Assembly: GCA_030704615.1 (NCBI GenBank)
Contig: CM060731.1
Coordinates: 62,620,001-62,684,000, forward strand
Source of the DNA: Takakia lepidozioides
Lineage: Eukaryota; Plantae; Bryophyta
Length of the DNA stretch: 64,000 nt
Direction of reading: 5' to 3'
In this document: positions 48,020-60,626 of the stretch, one piece after another
Numbering within the stretch: position 1 is the stretch's first letter
Layout: each line of letters begins with the position of its first letter
Program-made: the position numbers and the translations under genes
Notes under the pieces: model-generated
Told to the model about the DNA's origin: nothing
Seen by the model: the letters and a program-made list of their open reading frames with translations, nothing else
The model's database searches: none

Positions 48020-50090
48020 CCAGGGGAGTGAATATTAGGTGAAGATAAAGGAGGAATAAAGCCCTTGGTATATGGCAATCCCGAACACTGTCAGTGTCAC
48101 TGGTAGTGTTGAGTGCAACCTATGTAGATTAAAGCTTTCTTATCGTAAGGATCAGTTGCTTGCTCACCTCGGTTATAAAGATGAGAAGAGCGTTGGGGTG
48201 GGTTTATGCCCCAAAGCATCTATGCGGGTAAAAAACCACTTTGCCCAATGTGGAGGCAATATTACAATGTCTTTGGATCTGGACATGATCTCTGAGCAGA
48301 ACACTTCATCTTTCCGTCAAGATGCCCCGATTAATACCTAGGGCGACTCTTGTGAGGCTTTGGGTGTCCTTGGACAAGTGGGTTGTGCCGGAGCAACACC
48401 TGCTCCAACACCTCTTTGTACCCCTACACTTCAACGGAGTGGAGGATTACGGCAGCAATCCATGCAAGAAGGTCTTAACTTGTCTTCGAAAAGACAGTTG
48501 GATAAAAAATGGGCGCAGTTTTTCTTCGAGGCCAACATACCATTTAATGTTGCAAGGCTTCCGGCATTTGTTTCTGCTGTTAGAGCAACCTCGGAGTCCA
48601 GATCCACGTACATGCCTCCGACTTATCACAATCTCCGCACATGATTGCTAGAAGACGCCATGACCGAGCTTACCCAAAAGATCAACGATAGGACAGGCGA
48701 GTGCATCAGAAAATATGGAAGCACTATATGTGCCGATGGTTGGAGTTCTGTCACAAACAGATCGTTGTTCAATGTCATGCTCGTATGTCCAGCTAGGGAA
48801 CAATTCTTGGGATCGGTCGACACTAGCGGCGAGAAGAAAGATGGACGTTATCAATGTCAATTATTGACGGACTTCATCGAACAGGTCGGAAATGATAGAA
48901 TCGTGCAAATATGCACAGACAATGCCGCTAACATGAGAAACACTGCAGATATGTTGTTGGCACCTTATCCCCATATGTACTATCAAGGTTGTGCTGCTCA
49001 TATCATTGACCTCCTTTTGGAAGATTGGGGAAAAGAACAGTGGGTGAAACAACTTGTCAAGCGAGCGAAGACTGTTGTGTCGTTCATCCGCACACACCAC
49101 ATCTCTTTGGCAATATATAGGAGACACGAACCCAAATACAGCCTTCGCAATCCAGGCGAAACTCGTTTTGCCACTAACTTCTTGATGATGGATCGGTTGG
49201 TGACGGTGAAGAGCAGTTTGGAGCACACCATCATCGATCCTCAATGGAATGCGTACACACGGATATTGCGGGATTCCAGAAAAGTCAAGTCATTGGGCAA
49301 AAGTCGAAAAGTTCGAAATAACATTCGCAGTGATGATTTCTGGAAGAAATGTGAAAACTTTGTTTATATGGTTGAGCCGGTGTTAAACGTCTTACAGGAG
49401 TTTGATAGAAAGCAACCAGTAATGGGGAAGACATGGTTACTAATGCAAAATCTTGAGAAGCACGTCCAATCCTTGAGGCATCCTCCCTTCTCTTTGGAAC
49501 CTGAACTTGCGGACAGTGCTGATGATGCATTTTACGACCGTCGTTTGATGGTTCGAACGGACTTGCATTATGCGGGGGTTTTGCTCAATCCATTCTTGCT
49601 CGACAATACCATGCTCCGAAACGACGCTAATGCCAAGGCCGGCCTCGTGCGAGTGTTCATGTGACTAGCTCCGCCGAACCATGCAGAGAGAGCTATATCC
49701 GAGTACCAATGCTTCTCAGATCGCCGCGACCCTTTTGAGGATATGTCGGATCCGAAAGAGCTCAATATGCTGCCACATGAATGGTGGGATCTGATTGGAG
49801 CTGGAGCAAGAACATTGGCTCCCATTGCAAAGCGTATTCTTGCTCAAGTGTGCTCTGCCTCATCTTGCGAACGCAATTGGAGCAGTTACTCATTTGTTCA
49901 CAACAAGATTCGCAACAGATTGAATCCCGCGAGGGCTGACAAATTGGTGTATGTGTATACCAATTGCCGACTGCTACGTGAGAGGGCAGCGGATGATGCT
50001 GCAGCATGGTATGAGAGGAATTTGCATTCCGAAGACTCTGCTTCTGAGGCTGATTCGATGAGTGACGATACTGAGCCTCAGAGAGAATAA
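48020..50090 (+). pseudogene. hAT transposase (BED finger, DUF659, hAT dimerisation domain) with premature stops
   Basis: VECNLC...LLAHL; FFFEANIPFNVA; ICADGWS; QICTDNAANM; CAAHIIDLLLED; ETRFAT; WWDLIG...SASSCERNWS. Stops at about 48340, 48642 and 49662. Confidence 0.92.
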
Positions 50091-50719
50091 TCTTAGATGG
50101 AATCATCTGCCTTCGATAGTGAAGATGGATCCGATGATGCTCCCGAAAATACGTATGACCCGTTTACATTCACAGAGGAGGATGTTTATATCCAGCCGAT
50201 CTTTGATGACCTTCTTGAAGAAGTGCGTATCGCAGATGAAGGTGAAGCTGTAGTTGTATCATCCCCAGAACATGGTCGTCAAAATGAAATTGGGGTCGAC
50301 CCTCGCCCCCCACTACACGCTGAAGCCACCGGTACTGCCCCAATGGAGCTTATGGGTGATGTACTGCCAGGACCGATCGACGTACGCAACCATGTTCATA
50401 CAAATGATGGTGTCGAACCCATTGTACAGTCGACGGGACGGGATCATGCCTCACCGATACGACCAGCTCCACCACAATGTCAAAACCGATCCAGCTCCCT
50501 ATCAACACAGCGAGCATTAAGGAGCAACATGTTGATCTGTTTTCCACACGCATGCATCATTATGCTGCATTGGACCAAGCGGAAGTTGAAGCCTTGGATG
50601 ATGACAACCTGCCACTACAATTCTACCTTAACCGACGTGTTGCGCAGCAGACCCGTGGTTCCTCACATGCCGGACCATCTAATGCCAGTTCATCTCAGGC
50701 AGTCCCCCTCCGGTACCTT

Positions 50720-52175
50720 GGAATGACCGCCATTTGTGGCGATCGTTTTTTTTTGTTTTTAAATGGGCGACCGCCATGGTGGCGGTCGCTTCTACGAGGT
50801 CTGCCCTGCGCGTGGAGCGAGGAATGAGGGGGGGGGGGCATATAAGCCCTCAGTCATTCTCCCCTCACTTCCATTACTAGCAGTTTTTGTTTTTACAAAA
50901 TGCAGCGACCGCCATTTCTGGCAGTCGCTGTGATGTTTATTTTTTAAGATGCAGCGACCGCCATTACTGGCGGTCGCTTTTATTTTTTTATTTTTGGAAA
51001 TGGGGCGACCGCCATTACTAGCAGTCGCTTTTATTTTAATTATTTTGTAAATGAAGCGACCGCCTATGTTGATGGTCGTTTTTTTTTTTTTAAGTTTTGG
51101 AAAATGAAGCGACCGCTTATTTATTTTAAATGTTTTGAAAATGAAGCGACCGCCTATGCTGGCGGTCGCTTATTTATTTTAAATGTTTTGAAAATGAAGC
51201 GACAGCTTATGCTGGCGGTCGCTTATTTTTTTTAAAGTTTTTGAAAAAAATGAAGCGACCGCCTATGTTGGCGGTCGCTTATTTTTTTTAAAGTTTTTGA
51301 AAATGAAGCGACCGCCGAAGTTGTCGGTCGCTTATTTATTTTAAATGTTTTGAAAATGAAGCGACCGCCTATGTTGGCAGTCGCTTATTTATTTTAAATG
51401 TTTTGAAAATGAAGCGACCGCCTATGTTGGCGGTCGCTTATTTTTTTTAATTTTTTTAAAAATGAAGCGACCGCCTATGTTGGCGGTCGCTTATTTATTT
51501 TAAATGTTTTGAAAATGAAGCGACCGCCTATGCTGGCGGTCGCTTATTTTTTTAATTTTTTTTTTAATGAAGCGACCGCCTATGTTGGCGGTCGCTTATT
51601 TATTTTAAATGTTTTGAAAATGAAGCGACCGCTTATGCTGGCGGTCGCTTGTTTTTTTTAAAGTTTTTGAAAATGAAGCGACCGCCTATGTTGGCGGTCG
51701 CTTATTTTTATTTTTTTATTTTTTAATGAAGCGACCGCCTATGTTGGCGGTCTCTTATTTATTTTAAATGTTTTGAAAATGAAGCGACCGCTTCTGCTGG
51801 CGGTCGCTTATTTTTTTAAATTTTTTTTTAATGAAACGACCGCCTATGTTGGCGCTCGCTAATAAAAAAAGTAAACGACCGCCAACATAGGCGGTCGCTT
51901 CATTTAAAAAAAATTGAAATAAATAAGCGACCGCCAGCATTGGCGGTCGATTCATTTTCAAAACATTTAGAATAAATAAGCGACCGCCAACATAGGCGGT
52001 CGCTTCATTTAATTTTTTTTTTAAAAAAAATGACCGCCAGCATAGGCGGTCGCTTCATTTTCAAAAACTTTTTAAAAAAAAAACGACCGCCAACATAGGC
52101 GGTCGCTTCATTTAAAAAAAATTAAAAAAAATAAGCGACCGCCAGCATAGGCGGTCGCTTCATTTTCAAAACATT
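50720..52175. repeat. Right subterminal array of GCGACCGCC-N6-GGCGGTCGC palindromes, with an orientation switch at about 51860
   Basis: Units of about 50 bp. The loop reads TATGTT before about 51860 and AACATA after. Confidence 0.9.
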
Positions 52176-52387
52176 TTACTTCAGTATCACAACCATCACA
52201 GCCAGCTGATCGGCTTGTCACAAGGTTACAAGTTGTCCATGCAGCTCAACCAGAAATAATTGATTTGGAAAAAGAAGGGTTAGATATTCCAACTACAGAA
52301 CAGATAGTGGCAGAAATTGAGAAGGGGGACCTTCTCTATGAATATTCTGGTCTGGTCAAGGAGACAGAGATTCCAAAGGTGTAACAA

Positions 52388-54836
52388 TTGCCCAAGGGAA
52401 ATCCTGAGGTGCATATAATACACACACTTGTGTCGGAGGTACCACAGGTAGAAGGTCATGACACTGCAGCACCGGTGATAGATGAAGTGGTTCGGGAAGA
52501 AAATCTGGTGGGACAATGGCATGAGTGGTTCGTGAGACATCACACTGCTGAGGATCAGGGGGAACAGCAGCAACCTCACCATGATGACCCTCAACAGGCA
52601 ATGCTGATGAGTTCCATAGGCAGGACACTTAATTTGTTGGGGACTTATGTCAAATCCCATGTTCCAACTACCCAATTGACAGCCTTGAGAGAGGAACTCA
52701 GGAAGGAGTTTGAGGCTCGACTAGCCACTGAGTGTGCAAACAAGGTCGATGAGGAGGTCACTCTCAAGATGCAGCAGGACTTGGAAAATACAGAAGCGGC
52801 TTTGCAATTGGCCAAGGAACAATTGATTGAGGCAGACCTCGCGCAAGACCAGTTGCACGAAGCACATAAGCAACAGCTATACCAAATGCAGGTACAGCAT
52901 GAAAGCAAGTTGCAAGAAGTGAATGCACTATATACGGAGTTGCAGACAGTGCATGACAGGATGGCGATACAATGTGCTACATTCACAACTATGCTTAACC
53001 AATCTACAAAAGAAATAAACAGTCAAGCGGAAAAAAATATGAAGGCAGAAGCAGAGAATGTTGAGCAAATGAAACTCATTGTCGACATGAAGAATACAAT
53101 CTGTCGCAACAAGGATACTTTCAAGCAATACAGGCAGATTGAAGCTGATCAAGAGAAGCACATCCTGGAGTTGCAACAAACGATCATGGCCAAAGGAAAT
53201 CACGGTCAATAACAAGGCTTGGAAGGAAGCCAATAATTTACTTGTTGCCTATGCGAATTTGGTTGAACCTCATGCGAAGCGCATGGAGGCTTTACAACAG
53301 CAGTTAGAAGTGTACAAACTAAGAGAGGAGCACACTCTCAGGGGAACCACAAGCAACTTGGTGGATAACAGCCTTATGCGGGTCTGGTTAGCACAAGGGC
53401 CAGTGGAGGGCAAAGCACCACGAAAGCTCACCCAAAGCGAGATTAATGAGCTCAGACTGCAAGTGGAGAACATTGCCACAACTACTATAGACAATGTCTA
53501 TAGTAGGATAGCAGAGTTACAGGAAGATGTAGATGGACTGCAGACTCAAGTGGAGGACCTCACTTCAAATATCGACAAAAGAGCCTATATCCCTCAGGAA
53601 TAGCTAATGGCTTCTTATTTGAAAGCCAGAACTTTGGTTTTTCAGTCTTCACAGGAGGTGCAGGAGATGCCAATGATACAAGAGCCAGTACCACCAACAC
53701 CACAACAAGTCACTGTACCAGTAGCTGAACCTGTTGTTACTACAACCACACCACAGCCACCACAGCCTGAGGTATGGGGCAATGCTGCTTTTAACCCACC
53801 TAAAACTCCAGCTGCAAGGGAGTACAGTAGGGCTATGATTATGCCCTTCAACCAAATTCCCATCATGTTGGATTTGGCTTGGAAAGAATTTAGTCCTCCA
53901 CAGTCATTCGCACATTACTACCAAATCATGCGTATTTGGCTGCCAGTGGCAACTAGGACTAAAGTTCTTCCGAACAATCGACATATTGAGGATCATCACT
54001 TTGCACAATACTGGCATGAGGCAAGTACAATGTTGAAGGAATTAATTGCCTTCCAAGTTGTACATGGATTCATTTATACCAAGACCAAGGAGGTAGCAAG
54101 TATTGTCATGGGATGCGGGTTATACTACGCTGCTTGTTTTCTGGTACGTTATCACATTGAGCAGCATAAGATGCAATCGCGCTTTCTGAGTTATTCCAGT
54201 GGGGATCATTGGGTCTTACCTTCAGTGCCACCTCATATGTACCTATATGAGGCAAAAGTTATGATGCAAAAGGATTCTCAAATTCGTTCATGGTTTCAAG
54301 GGGCCTGGAACAATTTGTCAACACAGAAATTCGGCATTGATGATATTTTCTATAAGGGACATGTGACATGGAAATACTTGCACGGTGCACAAGTAATTGG
54401 TACCCCACTCACCTGGACAAACAAAGAGCTCAGTATCTTCACCAATTTTGCTGTTCAGCGTTTACAGCAAGTTGTAAAATATAAACTTCCAGACATGGTA
54501 GGACAACATTGTATGCCCCAGAGGATTCCACAAAAAGTTCGACAATTAAAACACCTGAGAGGCGATGAGGATTCAGATACAACTGTTTCTTCAGCGGATT
54601 CTTTTGACATGGGAGAAGACTATGCAATTCAGATGGCAGAGAAGAAGCGACGGGGGTCTCCTATGCCTGAAAGGTTACCTCGATATCAGCCTCCAGAGGG
54701 CCTCACTTATCCGGGTAGTGTTCAAACATCTCCGTCAACCAGTGACAGACCTCGGGCTCGTACACACAGTTCGCCACGAAACTCTCAACGTCAGAAAGGT
54801 GCTCACTCACAAAGGTTTGTTAATCGCAATCAGTAA
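52388..54836 (+). CDS. Long sense-strand extra ORF(s) before the PPT: coiled-coil region plus unknown globular domain
   Basis: ORFs 52388-53212 and 53139-53603 (heptad-rich, frameshift-linked), and 53607-54836 (409 aa, same frame after a single TAG). Confidence 0.65.
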
Positions 54837-54874
54837 ATCGTGAGGACACGGCTTTTTGAGAGGGGAAGGGGTAA

Positions 54875-55900
54875 TGTTAGAGGACTATCTGGGACTTAGA
54901 CACTTATACGGGATCTGTAGGGTACCCTTAATTTTTGCACAGACTGAGACCAACAGGAGCCTTAGGGGTGACAACAGCGCACTGTAGAGGGGGGTTACAC
55001 AGTCCGTCATAGTCCAACACAGTCCGTCACAGCCAACACAGCCCGTCACAGTCGTCACAACCGACACAGCCACACAGCCAGTCACAGCCGACACAACCTG
55101 ACACAGTCAGCACAGCTCATCACAGCCAACACAGCCCGTCACAGCCGACACAGCCACACAGCCAAACACAGTCGCACAGCCAGTCACAGCCCGTCACAGT
55201 TTCACACAGCCAGTCACAGCTTGACACAGCTGTCACGACCATAGGGAACGGAGAGCAGGACAGGGAACGACTGTGGGGAACAACACCTGCAAATGGAACA
55301 TGTTAGTACACGGACGACGGTTAGTGAGGGAAACGGTTAGAGCCACGGGTAGGAAGATAAAGGGAGAAGCAAGGATTGAGAGAGGGGATTCTGGGGGATT
55401 CTGGGAAGCACTTGAAGGGGGCACTTCTTGGTCATGCATGAGAGGGGATCGGGCGGAGAGCAGGAACGGAAGCAAGCATGGAGAGCACGGTGAAGGAGGA
55501 GAGATAATTAGAAGATGCTTGTTATATGCAAAGCTGTAGTGATATTGTAGAGCAGATTAGAGACACAATGGCTTCGGCCTGATACCTGATAAATCATAAT
55601 CTGATACTTATACGATACAATCACACTGTGTAGAGAGATCTGAGTGAAGCTGTGGAATGAATGGATGAGTTGATAGAATCCGATAGATTGATGAAGCAAA
55701 CTGATACGTAATTATCAATAACCAGGTAGCTAACATGAATGCGGAAAGGAAAACAAATAGGAAACACCCCCATGATACACTAGCTGTAGGTCATGACTGA
55801 TTGTTCTGAGCGGGCTGAGTACTTAGAGATTTCCAACTCTTCTATCTTGGAGTTTCTGCCTCGGATAGCGAAGGGATGGGTGAGTAAAAGCCGCGCGACA
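54875..55900 (+). repeat. 3' LTR (about 1 kb) with a CACAG minisatellite
   Basis: Homologous, in inverted orientation, to 32119-33114. Confidence 0.9.
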
Positions 55901-58900
55901 AGCATTCTGGCAGACTCAATTTTGCCGTAGTATTCTGCGGTTGGAGGGAATCGTCGAACCAACTTCCCATTCTGTCTGGTTGGCCACAAGTGAGCGTCAG
56001 GCGGAGGTACCCGTGAACCGCTTCTACTTGAAGCACCTTCACGTGCAATGGAATGTCTGGCTAGGGAGAAACCTAACTCTTCTAGCATTGCGATCTCTCG
56101 GTGAGTGAGACCTGTGCCCATCTTCACAGGCCACACGGTTGGTGGAGTAGGCTTCCTTACCACGGAAGGCCTCACTGTCCCATGCACACATCTCCCACAA
56201 TCGTTAGCGTCGAACCAGAACTTGTGGTTCTTTGCCTCGCCTTGTCCGTAAGGGAGAAACAAACCCGTGAATGTAGGAGCTGCAGTGTGTTCTTTCCCTC
56301 TGGATATTAATGATGTACATTTTTCATGATTGGTGGCCCTGATCGCCGCGCATTTCACACGCGATCCAGCACTTGGGCGTTCTATATGCCAAACCTCGTC
56401 CAAGCCCATGGACTCGATTATATGCGGCACCACGTTCTGGTCTTCAACCATTGCAGTGACAGTGCTTGATGCAGGGGTCCGCTCTGGGGCAGAGTAGCCC
56501 TCACCTGTGGATGTTCCGCAATTCCATCTCTGATCCAAGGGAACACGTGGCGTCGAGAAGTTCACTCTATCCACCCTATGGGAATCAACATCCGATCCCG
56601 GAGGGGTGTCCAATTTCCGTTTGCAAGACCCGAATCTCTCTTCGCCTTCCAGATGGGGAACTCTTCCCACGAGAGGGGTGCCATTTGCACATATGCTCAC
56701 GGCCCGCGCTATTTTGCTAGGATCCCCTGATCTTCCAACTGCCCGCAACATCAACTCGCTCCTGTCCAGGCCCTTGCCACCAAGGCCACCCCTCAAGAAT
56801 GACCTGTATCTGGTTTGCTGCTGCAGAGCACGAATAAGGTCATCGGCCGTCGCCGCATACAAATCTCTTCCTTTTTTGCCGGATTGCTGCAACCAAGCAT
56901 TGTGCACTGTCTCCGCAAGATTGCAAGAAGGCATGTCCGCCATCTCTTCAATGGACATATGCTGCAAGGCAAAAGAACACAAAACCGATATAAGGATTGG
57001 ACCATGAAACATATATCCGAAGCACCCAAACGAAGGTGAATGCAAACCACTCACCGTTGTCATGGCCGCTCCCCACTGTCGGTAACGGAAGTGCCAAAAT
57101 GCGAACCAGTCTTGCAGTGCCCTCATGCTGTCCTCCGATGCCGCTCCAGATGAGTACCACCAGGCACGAATTGTCTGGAACAATGTATTCGCTTCCCCCA
57201 TAGTTTTGGCGTCTTTGTACTGTTTGCACAGTTGACGATGCATAGTCTGCATATCTAGCTTGATGTATGTCTTTGTGTGTTTGTCCAGGGATTGTGTCCA
57301 ATGGAAAAGACACGTACGTTCTCTTCCAGGCATTGGCACTTTTGGATCTCCCGTCCCGAACACAATGCGGACAGCGTTGAAGTTAGCTTGAGCACTATCG
57401 GCCATGAAACCAACGAAATTGGGAGATGGGAGACCATTGGAGGCCATAACACGAATGAGAGCTTCCCACATGAGCTGTTGTGAATTTGTGTCCTCTGACT
57501 GCATGTCACACACTGCAATTGTCATGACCCGCTGGTACACAGGGTCGTAAACATGACATGCCATTGTGGTCCAGTCTTTAACCCTCTTGACATGATCGAA
57601 CATAAGGAAGCAGTTGCCAAGATTGCCACCCTTCTGCATACGTTTAACCAGGCTGACCCCGCTGCCCTCACCTTTTGTGGACATTTTGAACACGAACACT
57701 TTCCTGGCTCCTTGTCCCGGGAAAACGCTGTCTTGGATGTAGTCGTACATGCTCCTTTTCTTCAAATCCATAATATTGTCCATATAACCTCGGCTCCCAG
57801 AGCCCATTCTTAAAACGTTCACCTGATTCCTAATGTTTGGAGAAGTCAAAGTTGAGAAATGGTCCATAACAGTGTCCAAAGCTGGTCCCTCCAGTATTCC
57901 TCCAACCGAATTTGATGCACACAGAATACGGCTTTCCAGAAAGGACTTGCTCGCCCCCATGGCAATTGCAGATGTGGTTCCAGTTGGATTGGTATCCAAC
58001 TCTTGCCTTATCAGACACGAGACTGTGTCAACGCTCTCCCTATAATCCCCCTTGGACACAGGGTGGTTGTGAAAACCGAAATGGACACAGGCTCTAGTCA
58101 GGGTTTTGAATCGATGCACCACATAATACATTCTAGCGCCACACAAAGCAAGGCAGCAAGGTGGTACCCTACAGAACTTGCACACAAAAGTGTTACTGTA
58201 TGGTGGTGTCACCCCAGGCTTGAATGGATTCTCACTAACACCATCCCATTCGCTTTGGTTTTGCACACCTGACAATGCGAAGTGTCTGCATTTCATGTTC
58301 TCACATTTCAGGTGCCCATTACAGACTGTTCGCCTGAATATGAGTTTGTCGTTGTTGTGAATATGGGAGGTTTTTGTGTGGCACCAAGGGTGCCCATCGT
58401 GCTTTTTGTCCATTCCTTCCAGGAGACTGGAAATGCCCCCCACGCGACCAGGAGGAGGCAGCTCGAAAACAGTATTACCATCAAAAGATTCCGGCAAGAA
58501 TGCCACCCTCTGAATATTGAAAGTGCTCCTGTCTATCCCCCTCAACTCACTCTTGAAATCCTGCCATCCCACCCATGGCTTTCAGTTTAGGAATGACACT
58601 GGTGATCTCCTCCACATCTGCTTCTACATGTGGACATGGCTGATCCACGGGCGGTATTGCACATGTATCATCGGAGGATGAGTCCGAAAGCTCAACCACA
58701 GTGTTAACGCTACTCGTCTCCTTCTTGACAACCACGGGTGTTTTCTCCTGGGCCACTGATGCTGCCGTGCCAGGAGTTACGAACGATCCTGCAGACTGTC
58801 TCAGAGGAGCACTAAGCACCCTGTATCTGCCTGGAGGCACTCTCCATTGTGTGGTTGGTGCAGTATGCGAAGGTTTCTGGAACGCGTACTTGACCAGTTT

Positions 58901-59083
58901 TCCATTGGCATCGTACACTTCCCTCTGAACGGATAGACTTCCATTTTCCAACCGAAATTGCGTTGCGAGGACGAGTTCATGCACCACCGCAAAACCATCA
59001 TCTTCCACCTCGTAAGAAAATGGCACAGGGTGGTCCTCACTGAAGAAGTCCGCGTCAAGGGAGCCCATGGCCTGGGAGGCCAT
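55901..59083 (-). CDS. Mutator-like (MULE) DDE transposase with an N-terminal GCM-type zinc domain; 3' end cut by an LTR insertion
   Basis: GCM-like DGHPW..T.....CNGHLKCEN..C...CKFC.......C....FGFHNHP. DDE: LMFDHVKR, FMADSAQ, CLFH, NLAETVH. In-frame intron at 56962-57054. ORF 58547-59185 probably joins by frameshift. Confidence 0.8.
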
Positions 59084-59748
59084 ATGTCGATGTTGCTTCA
59101 GAAAGTAGAGTTCACAGTTCGATGGTGCTTCTGAATGCAGGTTGTGTGGGAGCGGAGTTTTTGGCATCCTCACACACAATTGCAAGTATCGCTCCGGCTT
59201 GCAGATCTGCTAATCCTAGAATCCAACTATTTTTTCACAACTGCCCCACCAGTGCATTAGTTGACAGATTGACTGACAGAGCCGCCATTTGGTTGTCATG
59301 TCAGAGAGTCCAGAAGAGATGCCCATTTCCATTTAATTTTAACGGCACCTGCACCGCTGTACAACTGTACATTCTTCACATTCCTCTGGAACATCCCAGA
59401 AGATATTACCCAAAAATGAACTTTTTCAGATGAAAGGTGATTAGACCCCAACGAATTTTGGATGGATGAGGATCCAATGATCTCCGCCGATATACAGAAC
59501 GATGATATGGACACGTGTTCGCCATGCATGTGGAACGAGTCAATGGCGCACTGAACGTTGCAAGCGAACATCTTGGCGTTGAAGGCCTTGCGATGAACCT
59601 CCGATAGTCCTCTTTTTTCCCTCTTCTCCTTATTGTCTTTGCAACCCTGGATTCTGCAGAGACGGTGACCCCATTCTGAGGGAGAAGCAAGCATCGAAGA
59701 ACACTTTATTTCACATCAAACAAGCAAAGGGCACGCGCTAAGGAGAGG

Positions 59749-60165
59749 ATGAGAAAGGCGAGACGGGAACTTAGAATGGGAGAAGAAACCTCTGGCGTAG
59801 AGGAAGACGAAGGGCAAAACAAGATTCTGCAACCACAGTGTGGAGAGGAAGGTCTTGAAGTGATCCCGGAGGCGACCGATGAGCAACCTCCAATAGAAGG
59901 GGGGGAGGACGAGGAAGTGAGTTGGGCTCGGGAGAAAGCACTGCGAGTAGAGAACCAGGTCTTCAAAGAGCAGGGAGAACAAACGGACTCGGAAACGCTG
60001 CTGTCTGCCCTTGTTTCGCACAACCGGGACCTCCTTGGAAGCATGCTACCTCCAGACCCCATGGAAAAATTGAATGCCTCAGGAGCATCATCAAGTGCAA
60101 AGAAGAATCCGGAGGTGGCTATGAACTCTCTTTTTCTCTCTCTGTTTCTGTCTGGTTCATGCTAA
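59749..60165 (+). CDS. Acidic ORF divergent from the MULE transposase; possible first exon of a cargo gene
   Basis: 138-aa E/D-rich frame with coding-like composition, followed by intron-like pyrimidine tracts. Confidence 0.35.
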   Translation: MRKARRELRMGEETSGVEEDEGQNKILQPQCGEEGLEVIPEATDEQPPIEGGEDEEVSWAREKALRVENQVFKEQGEQTDSETLLSALVSHNRDLLGSMLPPDPMEKLNASGASSSAKKNPEVAMNSLFLSLFLSGSC

Positions 60166-60170
60166 GCATT

Positions 60171-60610
60171 GAGGTCGACATCAACCTTGCGTCAACGCAA
60201 GGTTGAAGTCGACCTCCTAAGTGTATATGTTGGGCATCAAAACAGTGCAGATGTTGCACTACAATCAAGCTAGACAAACATGGATGCTTGTGACGCATCA
60301 TCAATTGCAAAGAAGAAGCAGAGACAACAATCTCCTTTTCCTGTAGATATTTTGTTTGTTGAACCCCGATCCGAGAGCTCGCAATCAACCTTGCGTCAAC
60401 GCAAGGTTGATGCCGACCTCTATAGTGTATGTTTAGAACTTCTGGTGAAACGAACAGATGCCGCACAGGAATCAACCTTGCGTTGACGCAAGGCTGGTTT
60501 TGATGCCTTTTTTGTTCAATCGAAGCCTCCGAACTCTCATACCCTGGACTGTAAGGTAGGGAAAGTTGATTATTTGAAGCTCCCAAAAGAACCCTGCGTC
60601 AACGCAAAGC
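60171..60610. repeat. Four palindromes TCAACCTTGCGT-NN-ACGCAAGGTTGA
   Basis: Copies at 60171-60216 (46-bp near-perfect), 60383-60410, 60471-60498 and about 60590-60608 (degenerate). Confidence 0.85.
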
Positions 60611-60626
60611 ATTTTTTGGGTTCAAA

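Larger units (their letters stand above)
46241..52178 (+). mobile_element. hAT DNA transposon with long palindromic subterminal arrays; right terminus not found
   Basis: Abrupt start CCCGGTTATCAGCG within an RT, an internal transposase, and GCGACCGCC arrays on both sides. Confidence 0.88.
52180..55900 (+). mobile_element. 3' portion of a non-chromoviral Ty3 element (same family as 27128-33114): extra ORF region, PPT, 3' LTR
   Basis: PPT gagaggggaagggg at 54858-54871; LTR TGTTAGAG...GCGACA. Confidence 0.85.

Noticed and set aside
46430-52175. Regularly spaced palindromic repeats resembling a CRISPR array
   Set aside because: The spacers are near-identical A/T tracts rather than unique sequences, there are no cas genes, and the arrays flank a hAT transposase, so they are subterminal repeats.
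32119-55900. The LTRs at 32119-33114 and 54875-55900 as the two ends of one element split by an inversion
   Set aside because: The LTRs are visibly diverged and the flanks do not form a target-site duplication (AGCCC versus AGCAT).
55780-55900. C-terminal 40 aa of the 930-aa ORF
   Set aside because: This is read-through into the inserted LTR and not part of the transposase.
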